Assembly: GCA_049967655.1 (NCBI GenBank)
Contig: JBMFSH010000012.1
Coordinates: 11,746-75,745 of the forward strand
Direction: 5' to 3'
Source of the DNA: Acidobacteriota bacterium
Lineage (GTDB): Bacteria; Acidobacteriota; UBA4820; DSQY01
Length of the DNA stretch: 64,000 nucleotides
The notes below the pieces were generated by a model. The model searched no databases and was not told the origin of the DNA. It saw only the letters and a list, made by a program, of their open reading frames with translations. Shown piece by piece: positions 8,001-18,223 of this stretch. A program made the translations under genes and the position numbers. Each line of letters begins with the position of its first letter. Within the stretch, counting starts at the first letter, position 1.

Positions 8001-10574
8001 TCAGGAGAGCTTGCGTTTGAGCCGTTCAAGGAGAAGAAGGGCATCCAACGGCGTCAGGCGATGAGGATCGGCTTGGCGGAGAGCGGTGACCACCGCCGCC
8101 TCGCGTCCGGGATCCTCTCCCGAGAAGAGAGTCGACTGCCGCGGCCGGGGCCGGACCTGCTCGGAGAGACCCACCTGCTCTCGCCGCCGCTCCAGCCGCT
8201 CCAGCACCTCGCGAGCCCTGGACACCACGGGTGCGGGCACTCCCGCCAGCTCCGCCACGTGGATGCCGTACGATTTATCCGCCGCCCCCGGCTCCACCAT
8301 CTTGAGGAAGTGGACGGTGCCGGCGTACTCGCGCACGGCCATGGTCAGATTCCGCACGCCGGGCAGGGTGCGGCCGAGCTCGGTGAGCTCGTGGTAATGG
8401 GTGGCAAAGAGGGTCCGGCATCCGATTCCCTCCGGCCCGCGCAGCGCCTCCACGACGGCCCAGGCGATGGCGAGGCCGTCGTAGGTGCTCGTGCCCCGTC
8501 CCACCTCGTCCAGGATGACCAGGGAGCGCACCGTGGCCCCCCGGAGGATGGCGGCCGTCTCGGTCATCTCCACCATGAAGGTCGAAAGCCCTCTGAGCAG
8601 GCTGTCCCCCGCCCCGACCCGGCAGTAGAGGCGGTCCGCCAACCCCACCGTAGCGCTCCTCGCGGGCACCCAGGAGCCCACGTGCGCCATGACGGCCAGG
8701 AGGGCCGTCTGCCTCAAATAGGTGGACTTTCCGCCCATGTTGGGCCCCGTCAGGAGGGTGACCTGCTTCTCCGCCGTATCCATCTCCACGGGGTTTGGCA
8801 CGAAGGGCCTGTGGCGTTCGTCCAGCTCCAGCACCGGGTGGCGAGCCTCCTCCATGGCGATCACCGGCTCCTCCACTATCACGGGCCGCACGTAGCCCCG
8901 TTCGCGAGCAAAGTGCGCGAAGCCCGCCAGGATGTCCTGGGAGGCGAGCTCGGCCGACACCTCCCGCAAGAGCGGTAGAACGGGGGCCAGTTCCTCAACC
9001 AGTTCGCCCCACAGGCGCTCCTCCAGCGCGTAGCGATCGGCTCTGGCGGACAAAATCCGGCCCTCCAGCTCGCGCAATTCGGCAGTCACGAAGCGCTCCG
9101 CGTTCACGAGGGTCTGCCGGCGCTCATAGTCGGGGGGCACCTTGGGCAGATTGGCCTTGCTCACCTCGATAAAATAGCCGAACACGCGGTTGTAGCGGAT
9201 TTTTAGCGAGCCGATACCCGTCCGTCCGCGTTCCCTCGCCTCCACCTGCAGGATGGCATCGTGGGCGTTTTCCGACAGGCCCCTCAGGCGGTCCAGCTCG
9301 GGCAGGAACCCGCGCGCGAAGATCCCTCCCTCCCGGGCGTGGGCCGGCAGCGTCTCTTCGAGCTGTTCGGCCAGCCGGCGCGCCCAGGCCTGCACCTTAG
9401 GCAGGGCGGCCTCCAGCGCCTCGGAGCCTTCCCCTATTCCTCGAAGCAGAGCCAGCGCCTCGGGCATTTTATCGAGGGCCGCCCGGAGACCGCCTGCGTC
9501 TCGCGGGGAGGCGATGCCAGCGGCAAAGCGCGCCACGAGCCGGCCGAGATCGGGATACCCCCTCAACAGCGATCGCCACGCCGCCAGCTCGGCGGGCTTC
9601 CCCATCCACGCCGCCACCGTGGACTGGCGCGCCAAGATCCGCGCGCGGTCGGCGCAGGGGGTCAGGAGCCAGTCCCTCAGAAGCCTCCCACCCATGGGAG
9701 TGAGAGTCCCATCGAGGCATTGGAGAAGGCTGCCCCGCCTCCCGCCGCTCTCCTGACCGACCACCAGTTCCAGGTTCCGCCGGGTGGCCTCGTCCATGGC
9801 GAGGAAGGTGCCGGGCGTCTCGTACCTAGGCATCTTCAGCGTGGCGGCGCCTCGCTCTTTTACGTACGCCAGGAGGGCGCTGAGCGCCCCCAAGGGCTCG
9901 GGCTCTCCAGGGAGACCGGGCAGGCCGGGCGGGAGTCCAAGCCCCCCGGTCAACCGCTCCAGGGCTCGCCGGTGGGCGAACTCCTCGTCGGGAATGGGCG
10001 AGTTAGCCGCCTGGCCCACCTCCGGTACCGAGTCGTCCGATTCGGGATGGAGGAGCTCGGCGGGCCCCACCGCCCTGAGGCGCTCGATGGCCTCCTCGGG
10101 CCCGGACTGCCACACCACGACTTCGCCCGAAGAGAGGTCGGTCCAAGCCAAGCCCACCCTTGCCCCAACGGCGTTCCACGCGGCCAGAAAAACGGGCTGG
10201 CCGGCCTCCACCACCCCCTCCTCCAGGGCCGTGCCGGGAGTCACCACGCGGGTCACCTCCCGCCGAACGATCCCCTTGGCCTGGGCGGGATTCTCCACCT
10301 GGTCGCAGAGGGCTACCTTGTGGCCGGCCCGGATGAGGCGCCCGAGGTAGCTCTCCAGGGCATGATGGGGGATGCCGCACATGGGCATGGGATCGGCCTT
10401 GTCCCGGTCCCTCGTGGTCAGGGCGATTTCGAGGAGATCGGAGGCCAGGAGGGCATCAGGGCCGAACATCTCGTAGAAGTCGCCCATGCGGAAGAGGACG
10501 ATCTTGTCCGGGTGGGCATCCTTGACGCGCTGCCACTGCCGCATGGCAGGGGTAAGCTTCATCTCGCTCGGCAT
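8001..10574 (-). CDS. mutS: DNA mismatch repair protein MutS
   Basis: LTPAMRQW, LFRMGDFYEMF, TGPNMGGKSTYLRQ, STFMVEM, LDEVGRGTSTYDG, SYGIHVA. Confidence 0.97.
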   Translation of the reverse strand: MPSEMKLTPAMRQWQRVKDAHPDKIVLFRMGDFYEMFGPDALLASDLLEIALTTRDRDKADPMPMCGIPHHALESYLGRLIRAGHKVALCDQVENPAQAKGIVRREVTRVVTPGTALEEGVVEAGQPVFLAAWNAVGARVGLAWTDLSSGEVVVWQSGPEEAIERLRAVGPAELLHPESDDSVPEVGQAANSPIPDEEFAHRRALERLTGGLGLPPGLPGLPGEPEPLGALSALLAYVKERGAATLKMPRYETPGTFLAMDEATRRNLELVVGQESGGRRGSLLQCLDGTLTPMGGRLLRDWLLTPCADRARILARQSTVAAWMGKPAELAAWRSLLRGYPDLGRLVARFAAGIASPRDAGGLRAALDKMPEALALLRGIGEGSEALEAALPKVQAWARRLAEQLEETLPAHAREGGIFARGFLPELDRLRGLSENAHDAILQVEARERGRTGIGSLKIRYNRVFGYFIEVSKANLPKVPPDYERRQTLVNAERFVTAELRELEGRILSARADRYALEERLWGELVEELAPVLPLLREVSAELASQDILAGFAHFARERGYVRPVIVEEPVIAMEEARHPVLELDERHRPFVPNPVEMDTAEKQVTLLTGPNMGGKSTYLRQTALLAVMAHVGSWVPARSATVGLADRLYCRVGAGDSLLRGLSTFMVEMTETAAILRGATVRSLVILDEVGRGTSTYDGLAIAWAVVEALRGPEGIGCRTLFATHYHELTELGRTLPGVRNLTMAVREYAGTVHFLKMVEPGAADKSYGIHVAELAGVPAPVVSRAREVLERLERRREQVGLSEQVRPRPRQSTLFSGEDPGREAAVVTALRQADPHRLTPLDALLLLERLKRKLS

Positions 10575-10719
10575 CGCCTGCCCTGCTCCTTTCCAAGCTG
10601 GCCCTGAGAACTGGTCGCCTGGCCAACGCCCCCGCCCCCTGTTGAAGATGGGTCCGGCTCCGGCGCGTCAGCCTGCCTATTCAACCACGAGCCCCTCCGC
10701 TTCGCCAATCTGCTGCGGG

Positions 10720-10778
10720 CTGGCGCCACTCTGGCACCACTCTGGCACGTTGACGCACTGGGCTCTTTCCGATAAACT
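10720..10778 (+). promoter_or_regulatory. glnA promoter region: sigma70-like promoter plus sigma54-like GG-N10-GC motifs in an 11-bp triple repeat
   Basis: TTGACG(10750-55)-N17-TAAACT(10773-78). CTGGCGCCACT CTGGCACCACT CTGGCACGTTG at 10720-10752. Confidence 0.55.
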
Positions 10779-10811
10779 GCCTTGTATACTTTCCTTGAGG
10801 GAGAGCCAATC

Positions 10812-12224
10812 ATGGACGCAAAACGGGTAATGGAGCTGATCAGGGAAAAGAGTATCCGGATGGTGGACTTGCGGTTCATGGACATGCCGGGCCTCTGGCA
10901 GCATTTCACCGTCCCGGCGGAATCCTTCTCGGAAGACGCCTTCACGGAGGGGGTCGGCTTCGACGGCTCCTCCATCCGAGGCTGGAAGTCCATCCACGAG
11001 AGCGACATGATCGTGGTTCCGGACCCGACCGCGGCCTACGAGGACCCCTACTTCACGCTGCCCACCCTGACCCTGATCTGCAACATCCTCGACCCCGTGA
11101 CCAAGGAATCATACCCGCGCGATCCTCGCAACATCGCCCTCAAGGCCCAGAACTACTTGATCTCGACGGGCATCGCGGATACGGCTTACTTCGGCTGTGA
11201 GGCCGAGTTCTTCGTCTTCGACGACATCCGCTTCGATCAGACGCCGAGCTGCGGCTTCTACTACGTGGACTCGGTGGAGGGCCGATGGAACAGCGGCCGG
11301 GACGAGAAGCCCAACCTGGGGTACAAGCCGAGGTACAAGGAGGGCTACTTCCCCGTGCCCCCCACGGATGCCACCCACGACCTCCGCGCCGAAATGGTGC
11401 GCGTCATGCAGGAGGTGGGGATGACCGTCGAGGCCCACCACCATGAGGTGGCCACGGCCGGCCAGTGCGAAATCGACATCCGCTTCGACACCCTCGTGCG
11501 AACCGCGGACAACCTGATGAAATTCAAGTACGTCGTGAAGAATACCGCCCTGCGGTACGGCAAGACGGCCACCTTCATGCCCAAGCCCATTTTCGGGGAC
11601 AACGGCTCCGGGATGCACACTCACCAGAGCCTGTGGAAGGAGGGCCAGCCGCTCTTCCCGGGCAACGGCTACGCCGGCCTCTCCCAAACGGCTCTCTTCT
11701 ACATCGGCGGCCTGCTCAAGCACGCCCGCGCGCTGGCCGCCATCATCGCCCCCACCACCAACTCCTACAAGAGGCTGGTACCGGGATTTGAGGCGCCCGT
11801 GAACCTTGCCTACTCGCGCCGGAACCGCTCCGCCTCCATCCGGATTCCTCTTTACACGGAGAGCCCCAAGGCCAAGCGCCTGGAGTTCAGGCCGCCGGAT
11901 CCCTCCTGCAACCCTTACCTGGCACTGGCCGCCCAACTCATGGCGGGGCTCGACGGGATCCTGAACCGGATCGATCCGGGACCGCCTCTGGACAAGGACC
12001 TCTACGGCCTGCCGCCCGAGCAGCTCAAGGAGATCCCCACCATGCCGGGGTCGCTCTCGGAGGCCCTGGCGGAGCTCGAGAAGGACCACGAGTTCCTGCT
12101 CAAGGGCGACGTCTTCACCGAGGACTTCCTGCACACCTGGATCGAATACAAGCGCCACCGAGAGGTGGAGGAGATCAACCTCAGGCCCCATCCCTACGAA
12201 TTCGCCCTGTACTACGATATATAG
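10812..12224 (+). CDS. glnA: Glutamine synthetase type I
   Basis: [57 protein letters not shown], adenylylation-site-like KDLY. Confidence 0.98.
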   Translation: MDAKRVMELIREKSIRMVDLRFMDMPGLWQHFTVPAESFSEDAFTEGVGFDGSSIRGWKSIHESDMIVVPDPTAAYEDPYFTLPTLTLICNILDPVTKESYPRDPRNIALKAQNYLISTGIADTAYFGCEAEFFVFDDIRFDQTPSCGFYYVDSVEGRWNSGRDEKPNLGYKPRYKEGYFPVPPTDATHDLRAEMVRVMQEVGMTVEAHHHEVATAGQCEIDIRFDTLVRTADNLMKFKYVVKNTALRYGKTATFMPKPIFGDNGSGMHTHQSLWKEGQPLFPGNGYAGLSQTALFYIGGLLKHARALAAIIAPTTNSYKRLVPGFEAPVNLAYSRRNRSASIRIPLYTESPKAKRLEFRPPDPSCNPYLALAAQLMAGLDGILNRIDPGPPLDKDLYGLPPEQLKEIPTMPGSLSEALAELEKDHEFLLKGDVFTEDFLHTWIEYKRHREVEEINLRPHPYEFALYYDI

Positions 12225-12264
12225 AGATGAAACGGGCGGCGGGGCAGCCGCTGGGAGGAAACCC

Positions 12265-12927
12265 ATGAAGCGTACGCTGGGAGCCACCATCCTTCTGCTG
12301 GCCGCGCTTTCCTGCATCCACGTGGTCGTGAACGTCTACTTCCCTGCCTCCGAAGCCAAGGGCGCCTTGGCCTCCCTGGAGGATGAGCTTCTCGCCGGCA
12401 GCCCCGGCAAGCCCCCATCCACCCAGGAAAAACCGGCACAGCCGGCGACGCCCCAGGAACCCGCCACGCCCCCCAAGGGGCCGAGGGAGAGCGCCTGGCT
12501 CGGCCTCCTCCACCCCCAGGTGGCCTACGCCGCCGGGTCCGTCACGGAGGAGGAGATCTACAACCGGATCAAGTCCATGCCCCAGGTAGTGGAGGCTTAC
12601 CAGCGAATCGGGGCCCGGATGGCCCGGGTGGACGCCCTGCGCCAGGCCGGCCTCGTGGGCGAGGGGAACGACGGGCTGCTCAAGCCCAGGCAGGCGATCC
12701 CCGATCGGCGAGACCAGCGAACCATCGAGGAGGAGAACGCCGACCGCCTGGTGGTCATCCGGGGGTTGGCCAAGGCGGCGCTTCTGGCCCAGGGCGAGGC
12801 GGTCACCGCCGCTGCCCTCAGCCGGGTCGAGCCCGACGCGGCGGCGACCTTCGCCTCCCTGCGACGCGAAAAGGCCCAAGCCGGGTGGTGGATCCAGATG
12901 CCCGACGGGAGCTGGCGGAAGAAGTAG
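12265..12927 (+). CDS. DUF1318/YdbL-like putative lipoprotein
   Basis: Signal peptide ending LSC; GLVGEGNDGLL, EENADR, GWWIQMPDGSWRKK. Confidence 0.75.
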   Translation: MKRTLGATILLLAALSCIHVVVNVYFPASEAKGALASLEDELLAGSPGKPPSTQEKPAQPATPQEPATPPKGPRESAWLGLLHPQVAYAAGSVTEEEIYNRIKSMPQVVEAYQRIGARMARVDALRQAGLVGEGNDGLLKPRQAIPDRRDQRTIEEENADRLVVIRGLAKAALLAQGEAVTAAALSRVEPDAAATFASLRREKAQAGWWIQMPDGSWRKK

Positions 12928-13060
12928 TCCTCTGCCCGCCTCCCGGCCTCCGAGGTACGGTGTTTCTTATTCCCACACCGGGGGGGAGAGATTCTTTTCC
13001 ACAACCCGCGCCCCGTGGACATCGTGACGCAGCCATTTATCTATCAAGTGGTTACGGAGC

Positions 13061-13089
13061 TTGACAGGACTTTCGACGGGACTTATATT
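13061..13089 (+). promoter_or_regulatory. Near-consensus sigma70 promoter of an orphan transcript
   Basis: TTGACA(13061-66)-N17-TATATT(13084-89). Confidence 0.75.
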
Positions 13090-13094
13090 CTCGC

Positions 13095-13340
13095 GGCATG
13101 GGTGAGGTGACCTGATGCTGAAATCGATTCCCTACGTTCGCCGGATGCTCCCCCAAGAATCCAAGAGGGTTCCTGCTCCCCGCCACGGCCAGTGGACGGG
13201 TGCTTCCGAAGCGGCGGCAAAGAAATCCCCTCCTTTCCAAGGTTCCGATCCGTTTCCCGCGAATCCGGTCGTTCCGGCTTCGCGGATTTCGGCTCCTCAG
13301 TGAGGGGACAAGCGGCGGGGACGGTCCCCGCCGCTTTCGT
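13095..13340 (+). ncRNA. Candidate small RNA, or mRNA of a 62-aa ORF (13115-13303)
   Basis: Bounded by the promoter above and a terminator hairpin. Contains an internal 12-bp hairpin and C-rich anti-SD-like motifs. No family recognised. Confidence 0.45.
13310..13340 (+). terminator. Terminator-like hairpin
   Basis: AAGCGGCGGGGAC-G-GTCCCCGCCGCTT perfect inverted repeat followed by TCGT; the U-tract is short. Confidence 0.65.
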
Positions 13341-13519
13341 GTGGTCCTCCGTTGTGCTCATTGCCCTTCTCGCCCGGACCAGATGATTTGGGGATTTTCC
13401 TCTCTCCAGGTAAATCCGTTGCGGCGCGCTTTTCGGCCCTCCGAAACCAAGCGGAGAAGCGCCCGGCCCGAGGCTGGAGCCTCTTCATCGTCTCCTTTTG
13501 AACAGGCGCGATCCGCGCC

Positions 13520-14317
13520 CTACTTCTTAATGGGAGCCGATAGGCCGAGCTTGGCCATGACCTCCTGGATGTCCTTCCAGACTTGCCCTTTGGCGCCCGG
13601 GTTTCTCAGCAGGTAGGAGGGATGGTAGGTGGGCATCATGGCGGTGCCCCGAAAATCCGTCCAGGTGCCCCGGAATTTGGTGATCTGAACGGGGGCCTTC
13701 AGAAGCGCCTGGATGGCCACCCGCCCGAGCCCCACGATGACCTCCGGCCGGATGACGTCGATCTGGGCCTCCAGAAAGGGGAGGCAGGCCTGCACCTCGT
13801 CCGGCTCCGGGTCCCGGTTGCCCGGCGGCCTGCACTTCACCACGTTGGCGATGTAGACCTGGGACCGGGAGAGGCCCATACCCTTGGTGATAATGTCCGT
13901 CAGGAGCTTCCCCGCGCGGCCCACGAAGGGCTCGCCCTGGGCGTCTTCATCGGCCCCCGGCCCCTCGCCGATGAACATGACCCTAGCCCTCGGGTCTCCG
14001 ACGCCGAACACGATGTGGCTTCTCTTCTCGCAGAGCTTGCACCGCCGGCAGTCGCCGATCCAGGCTCGGATGGCATCGAGAGCCCGGCCCGGCTCCTCGG
14101 GCCAGGGGCCCTTGGGGGCCGCGGAACCCTCCGAGTGGGCGTGAGGTAAAGGGGGGACAGTGGCCGGTCGCCGGAGCTCCGCCTTGGGCCGGCCGGGGTT
14201 CCCAGCCTCCATCGCGCCTGCCGCCCGGACCTGCCTGGCCAGGCCGTAGTCCAATCCCTGCTCCTTCAGGAAGCCGGCCCTCAGCCGCACCTGCTCGGCA
14301 AAGGCGTCATCGGCCAT
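13520..14317 (-). CDS. Uracil-DNA glycosylase family 4 (Fe-S)
   Basis: CRRCKLC, IGEGPGADEDAQGEPFVGRAG, NVVKCRPPGNRDP, TYHPSYLLRNP. Confidence 0.95.
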   Translation of the reverse strand: MADDAFAEQVRLRAGFLKEQGLDYGLARQVRAAGAMEAGNPGRPKAELRRPATVPPLPHAHSEGSAAPKGPWPEEPGRALDAIRAWIGDCRRCKLCEKRSHIVFGVGDPRARVMFIGEGPGADEDAQGEPFVGRAGKLLTDIITKGMGLSRSQVYIANVVKCRPPGNRDPEPDEVQACLPFLEAQIDVIRPEVIVGLGRVAIQALLKAPVQITKFRGTWTDFRGTAMMPTYHPSYLLRNPGAKGQVWKDIQEVMAKLGLSAPIKK

Positions 14318-15548
14318 GGAGCGCCTCTTGAATGGCGTCCCATAGGGCCCTCGCGCAGTCCGTCTTGGAGGCCTCGGGGACTCGCTCCTCGGAACCGTCC
14401 GGCCAGAAGAGGCTGAGGGCGTTGCGGTCCGACTCGAATCCCACCCCCTCCTTGGAAACGTCGTTCGCGGCCACCAGGTCCAGCCCCTTGCGCTTCAGCT
14501 TAGCCAGGGCGTTCTCCTTGAGCTCCTCGGTTTCGGCCGCGAAGCCGCACACGAACTGCCCCTTCCCTTTCAGGGGCGCCAACGCCTCGAGGATATCTTC
14601 CGTGGGCTCAAGGTCGAGTTGCCAGACTCCCTTGCCCTTCTTCCTCTTGGAGGCCAGGGGTTGCGCGGCCCGGTAGTCGGCCACGGCCGCAGCCATGACG
14701 AGGACCTGGCACTCCCGGAAGCGGGCCCGCACCGCCTCGGCCATCTGGGCCGCCGTGACGACGGGGACGAAATCGGCGCCCGACGGCGGCTCCAGACCCG
14801 TGGGCCCCGAAACCAGCGTGACTTGGGCTCCGCGCTGGATGGCCTCGCGGGCCACGGCGTAGCCCATCTTGCCCGAGGAGCGGTTGGAGAGAAACCGCAC
14901 CGGATCTACGGGTTCCCGCGTTGGACCCGCCGTCACCAGCACCTTCACACCCTGCAGGCCTCCCTCGCGCTCCAGAATGGCCACGGCCTCGCTCGCGATG
15001 GCCGCCGGTTCGGGCAGCCGGCCCTCATCCACGTCGCCGCAGGCCAGGCTCCCCTTGGCGGGCTGAAGGACTGCGTGCCCCCGCCCCTCCAGGATCCTCA
15101 GGTTCTCCTGCACGGCGGGGTGGCGCCACATGGAGCCGTTCATGGCCGGCACCAGGAGCACCGGAGCCCCGCGGTTGGCCAGGTAGTGGGTGGTCAGGAA
15201 ATCGTCGGCGATGCCTCGGGCCAGCTTCCCGAGGATATTGGCCGTGGCGGGAGCCACCAGAAACAGCTCCTCCCACCGGGCCAGCTCGATGTGGGCGATG
15301 GAGGGCTCGCCCGATCCCTCAAAGAGGTCCGTGATGACCGGATGGCCCGATAGGGCCTGGAAGGTGATGGGCGCCACCATCCGGGCCGCGTGGGCCGTCA
15401 TCACGACCTTCACCTCGCACCTCCGGTCCTGCAGCCGCCGCACCAAATCGCAGGTCTTGTAGATGCTGATGCCGGCGCATACGCCCAGGGTAACCCGGTG
15501 CGTGCCGGCCGCAGATCCCGATGGGGCAATGGGTTTCGTTTTGGCCAT
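14307..15548 (-). CDS. coaBC: Phosphopantothenoylcysteine decarboxylase/ligase
   Basis: APATAN, PAMN, LACGDVDEGRL, TAGPTREPVDPVRFLSNRSSGKMG, AAAVADY, GFAAET. Confidence 0.97.
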   Translation of the reverse strand: MAKTKPIAPSGSAAGTHRVTLGVCAGISIYKTCDLVRRLQDRRCEVKVVMTAHAARMVAPITFQALSGHPVITDLFEGSGEPSIAHIELARWEELFLVAPATANILGKLARGIADDFLTTHYLANRGAPVLLVPAMNGSMWRHPAVQENLRILEGRGHAVLQPAKGSLACGDVDEGRLPEPAAIASEAVAILEREGGLQGVKVLVTAGPTREPVDPVRFLSNRSSGKMGYAVAREAIQRGAQVTLVSGPTGLEPPSGADFVPVVTAAQMAEAVRARFRECQVLVMAAAVADYRAAQPLASKRKKGKGVWQLDLEPTEDILEALAPLKGKGQFVCGFAAETEELKENALAKLKRKGLDLVAANDVSKEGVGFESDRNALSLFWPDGSEERVPEASKTDCARALWDAIQEALHGR

Positions 15549-15750
15549 AGCCAGCCCTCCCTGCTCGCGCCCGGCGCGAGTGGCTCTTCACCCTCCCGGC
15601 GCCTTCGTTAGCCATTATGGCATCCACCGGCCATTCCTCCAACGAACCGGTCCCCTGCGGGCTTTCGGCTCGGGTGTGCCTTACATTGAGAGTTGGGATC
15701 GAGCCTCCGACGGCGGTCGCCGGAGGGCTACCCCGCCCGAGGAGTCCACC

Positions 15751-16332
15751 ATGCGACGAACCTTTCGAACGCTCCTTCTCCTGTCCACGCCCCTTCTCCT
15801 GGCCAGTTGCGCCTCCACCCGTATCACGACCTCCTGGGCCGACCCGCAGATCTCCGGCTTTAAGCCCAAGTCGGCCATGGTGCTCGTGATCAGCCCCAAC
15901 GAGGTGACCCGCCGGAGCGGCGAGGACGAGCTGGCCGCCCTGCTCCCCGGCCTCCACGCCACCCCCGCCTACCGCCTGCTGACCGAACCGGTCCTGAAGG
16001 ACAAGGACGCCACCATGAAGGCGCTCAAGGCCAAGGGGGTGGATGCGGTCATCCTGCTCCGCTTCGCCGGGGTTCAGCGTGAGCTGAACTGGGCGCCGGG
16101 CATGTATCCGACCTTCTGGGGCTACTACCGCTGGGCGTGGGTCGAGTCGCCCGCCTGGGCCTGGACCGACACTACGGTATGGACGGAGGTCCGCGTCTAC
16201 CAGGTCTCCACGGACAAGCTCGTCTGGGCCGGCGTGTTCCGGACCTTCGACCCCAAGTCGCCGCAGGACGCCATCGCCCAGGTGGCCCGCTCCGCCGCCG
16301 AGGCGCTCCAAAAGGCCGGTCTGGCTTCCTAG
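15751..16332 (+). CDS. Hypothetical lipoprotein
   Basis: ATG at 15751 after GAGGAG; lipobox LLLASC; C-terminal KLVWAG motif. Confidence 0.75.
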   Translation: MRRTFRTLLLLSTPLLLASCASTRITTSWADPQISGFKPKSAMVLVISPNEVTRRSGEDELAALLPGLHATPAYRLLTEPVLKDKDATMKALKAKGVDAVILLRFAGVQRELNWAPGMYPTFWGYYRWAWVESPAWAWTDTTVWTEVRVYQVSTDKLVWAGVFRTFDPKSPQDAIAQVARSAAEALQKAGLAS

Positions 16333-16456
16333 CGTCCACCCTCGGGTGGGTGCGCCCGGACCAAACCCCCAGCGCCGCGCCAAGAGCGCGGCCCATCCCC
16401 CCGCCGGGGTTCGGAGCCGGCAGGGTGGTCCATGGTGGATGGACAGGACGCGAAAG

Positions 16457-18223
16457 CTATTTCTCTTTGACGGCGATCCCCAGTTCGTCGAGCTGCTTGG
16501 CCTCCACGGTGCCCGGAGAACCCGTCATCAGGCAGAGGCCCGAGGTGGTCTTGGGGAAGGGGATCACGTCGCGGATGGAGTCGCATCCCAGCAGGAGCAT
16601 TACCAGGCGGTCGAATCCGAAGGCGATTCCCCCGTGGGGAGGGGTGCCGTAGCGGAAGGCGTCCAGGAGGAAGCCGAACTTCTCCTGGGCCTGCTTCTCC
16701 GAGAAGCCGAGGGCCTTGAACACCTTCCGCTGAACGTCGCCCCGGTGGATACGGATGGAGCCGCCGCCGATCTCGTTGCCGTCCAGGACGAGGTCGTAGG
16801 CCAGCGCCTCCACCTTGCCGGGGTCGCTCTCCAGGAGCGGCCAGTGCTCCTCGCGAGGCATGGTGAAGGGGTGGTGGCGGGCCACCCACCGCGCCTCCTC
16901 GGGGCTCCACTCGAACATGGGGAAGCGGTGCACCCAGAGCAGGTCGTGGCGGCCCTTCTCCACGAGCCCCAAGGCCCCCGCGAAGTGGAGCCGGAGCGCG
17001 CTCAGACAGGCGCAGGCCGTGTCGTAGCCGTCCGCCACGAAGAGCCCCAGGTCTCCATCCTTGGCTCCGACGGCCTCCAGCATGGCCGCGGCGGGACCTT
17101 CGCCGATGTGCTTCAGGGCGGCGCCGGCGAGCACCCCCTCCCGGCGCATGAGGCTGACGACGCCCTTGCCACCGAAGGGCTTCACGATGCCGTTCAGCTC
17201 GTCGACCTGCTTCCGGGAAATCCCCGCCATGCCGGGCACGGCCAGGCCGCGCACGCAGCCGCCTGCCTCCAGCGCCCCCTTGAAGACGCCGAAGGCCGTC
17301 CCTCCGGCGATCTCCGAGACCGTCCGTAGCTCCAGGCCGAAGCGCGTGTCGGGCTTGTCGCAGCCGTACCGCTCCATGGCCTCGGCGTAGGTCAGCCGGG
17401 GGATGGACGAGGGCGGAGCGAGACCAGCCTCCTCGAAGAGGGCCGCCACCAGCCCCTCGGCCAGCGCCATGATGGCCTCCTCCGTGGGGAAGGACATCTC
17501 GATGTCGATCTGCGTGAACTCGAGCTGGCGGTCCGCTCGCAGGTCCTCGTCCCTGAAGCAGCGCACCACCTGGAAGTAGCGGTCGAAGCCCGCCACCATG
17601 CAGAGCTGCTTGAAAAGCTGGGGCGACTGGGGGAGCGCGTAGAAGGAGCCGGGCCTCAGGCGCGAGGGGACCAGGAAGTCGCGGGCCCCCTCCGGCGTGG
17701 ACTTGGTCAGGAAGGGGGTCTCGATCTCGATGAAGCCCCGCTCGCTGAGGTACGAGCGCGTCCGCTGGGCCAGCCGGTGGCGGGCCACGATGCGGGCGTT
17801 CTGGAAGGGGCGCCGCAGGTCCAGGTACCGGTAGGCGAGGCGCATCTCCTCGCTCACGAGCGCCTCGTCCTCCACCGCGAAGGGCGGCGTCTCGGCCTCG
17901 GCCAGGACCTCGATCTCCGAGACCTCCACCTCCACCGAGCCCGTCTCCATGTGGGGGTTCACGTCCTTCTCTCCGCGGGGTCGGACCGTTCCCCGCACCG
18001 CGATGACGTACTCGGGCCGCAGCTCCTTGGCCAGGGCGAAGGCGGCGGGGGTGCGGTCCTCGGAGAAGACGAGCTGGCAGATCCCCTCCCGGTCCCGCAG
18101 GTCGATGAAGACGAGGCTGCCCAGGTCCCGGCGGCGGCGGACCCATCCCTTCAGGACCACCTCCTCCCCCACGTGGCTCTTCCGGACCAGGCCGGCGTAG
18201 AGGCTCCTCTCAGGCAGGCTCAT
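16457..18223 (-). CDS. aspS: Aspartate-tRNA ligase
   Basis: GWVRRRRDLG, STPEGARDFLVP, LPQSPQLFKQ, FRDEDLRADRQ, PPHGGIAFGFDR. True start MSLPERS at 18223. Confidence 0.97.
   Translation of the reverse strand: MSLPERSLYAGLVRKSHVGEEVVLKGWVRRRRDLGSLVFIDLRDREGICQLVFSEDRTPAAFALAKELRPEYVIAVRGTVRPRGEKDVNPHMETGSVEVEVSEIEVLAEAETPPFAVEDEALVSEEMRLAYRYLDLRRPFQNARIVARHRLAQRTRSYLSERGFIEIETPFLTKSTPEGARDFLVPSRLRPGSFYALPQSPQLFKQLCMVAGFDRYFQVVRCFRDEDLRADRQLEFTQIDIEMSFPTEEAIMALAEGLVAALFEEAGLAPPSSIPRLTYAEAMERYGCDKPDTRFGLELRTVSEIAGGTAFGVFKGALEAGGCVRGLAVPGMAGISRKQVDELNGIVKPFGGKGVVSLMRREGVLAGAALKHIGEGPAAAMLEAVGAKDGDLGLFVADGYDTACACLSALRLHFAGALGLVEKGRHDLLWVHRFPMFEWSPEEARWVARHHPFTMPREEHWPLLESDPGKVEALAYDLVLDGNEIGGGSIRIHRGDVQRKVFKALGFSEKQAQEKFGFLLDAFRYGTPPHGGIAFGFDRLVMLLLGCDSIRDVIPFPKTTSGLCLMTGSPGTVEAKQLDELGIAVKEK

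Noticed and set aside
7646..8044. ORFs between hsp20 and mutS
   Set aside because: No motifs, conflicting overlapping frames; likely intergenic.
13297..13488. 63-aa minus-strand ORF after udg with an AGGAG SD
   Set aside because: Low-complexity product, short SD spacing, and it runs through the terminator hairpin; not supportable without homologs.
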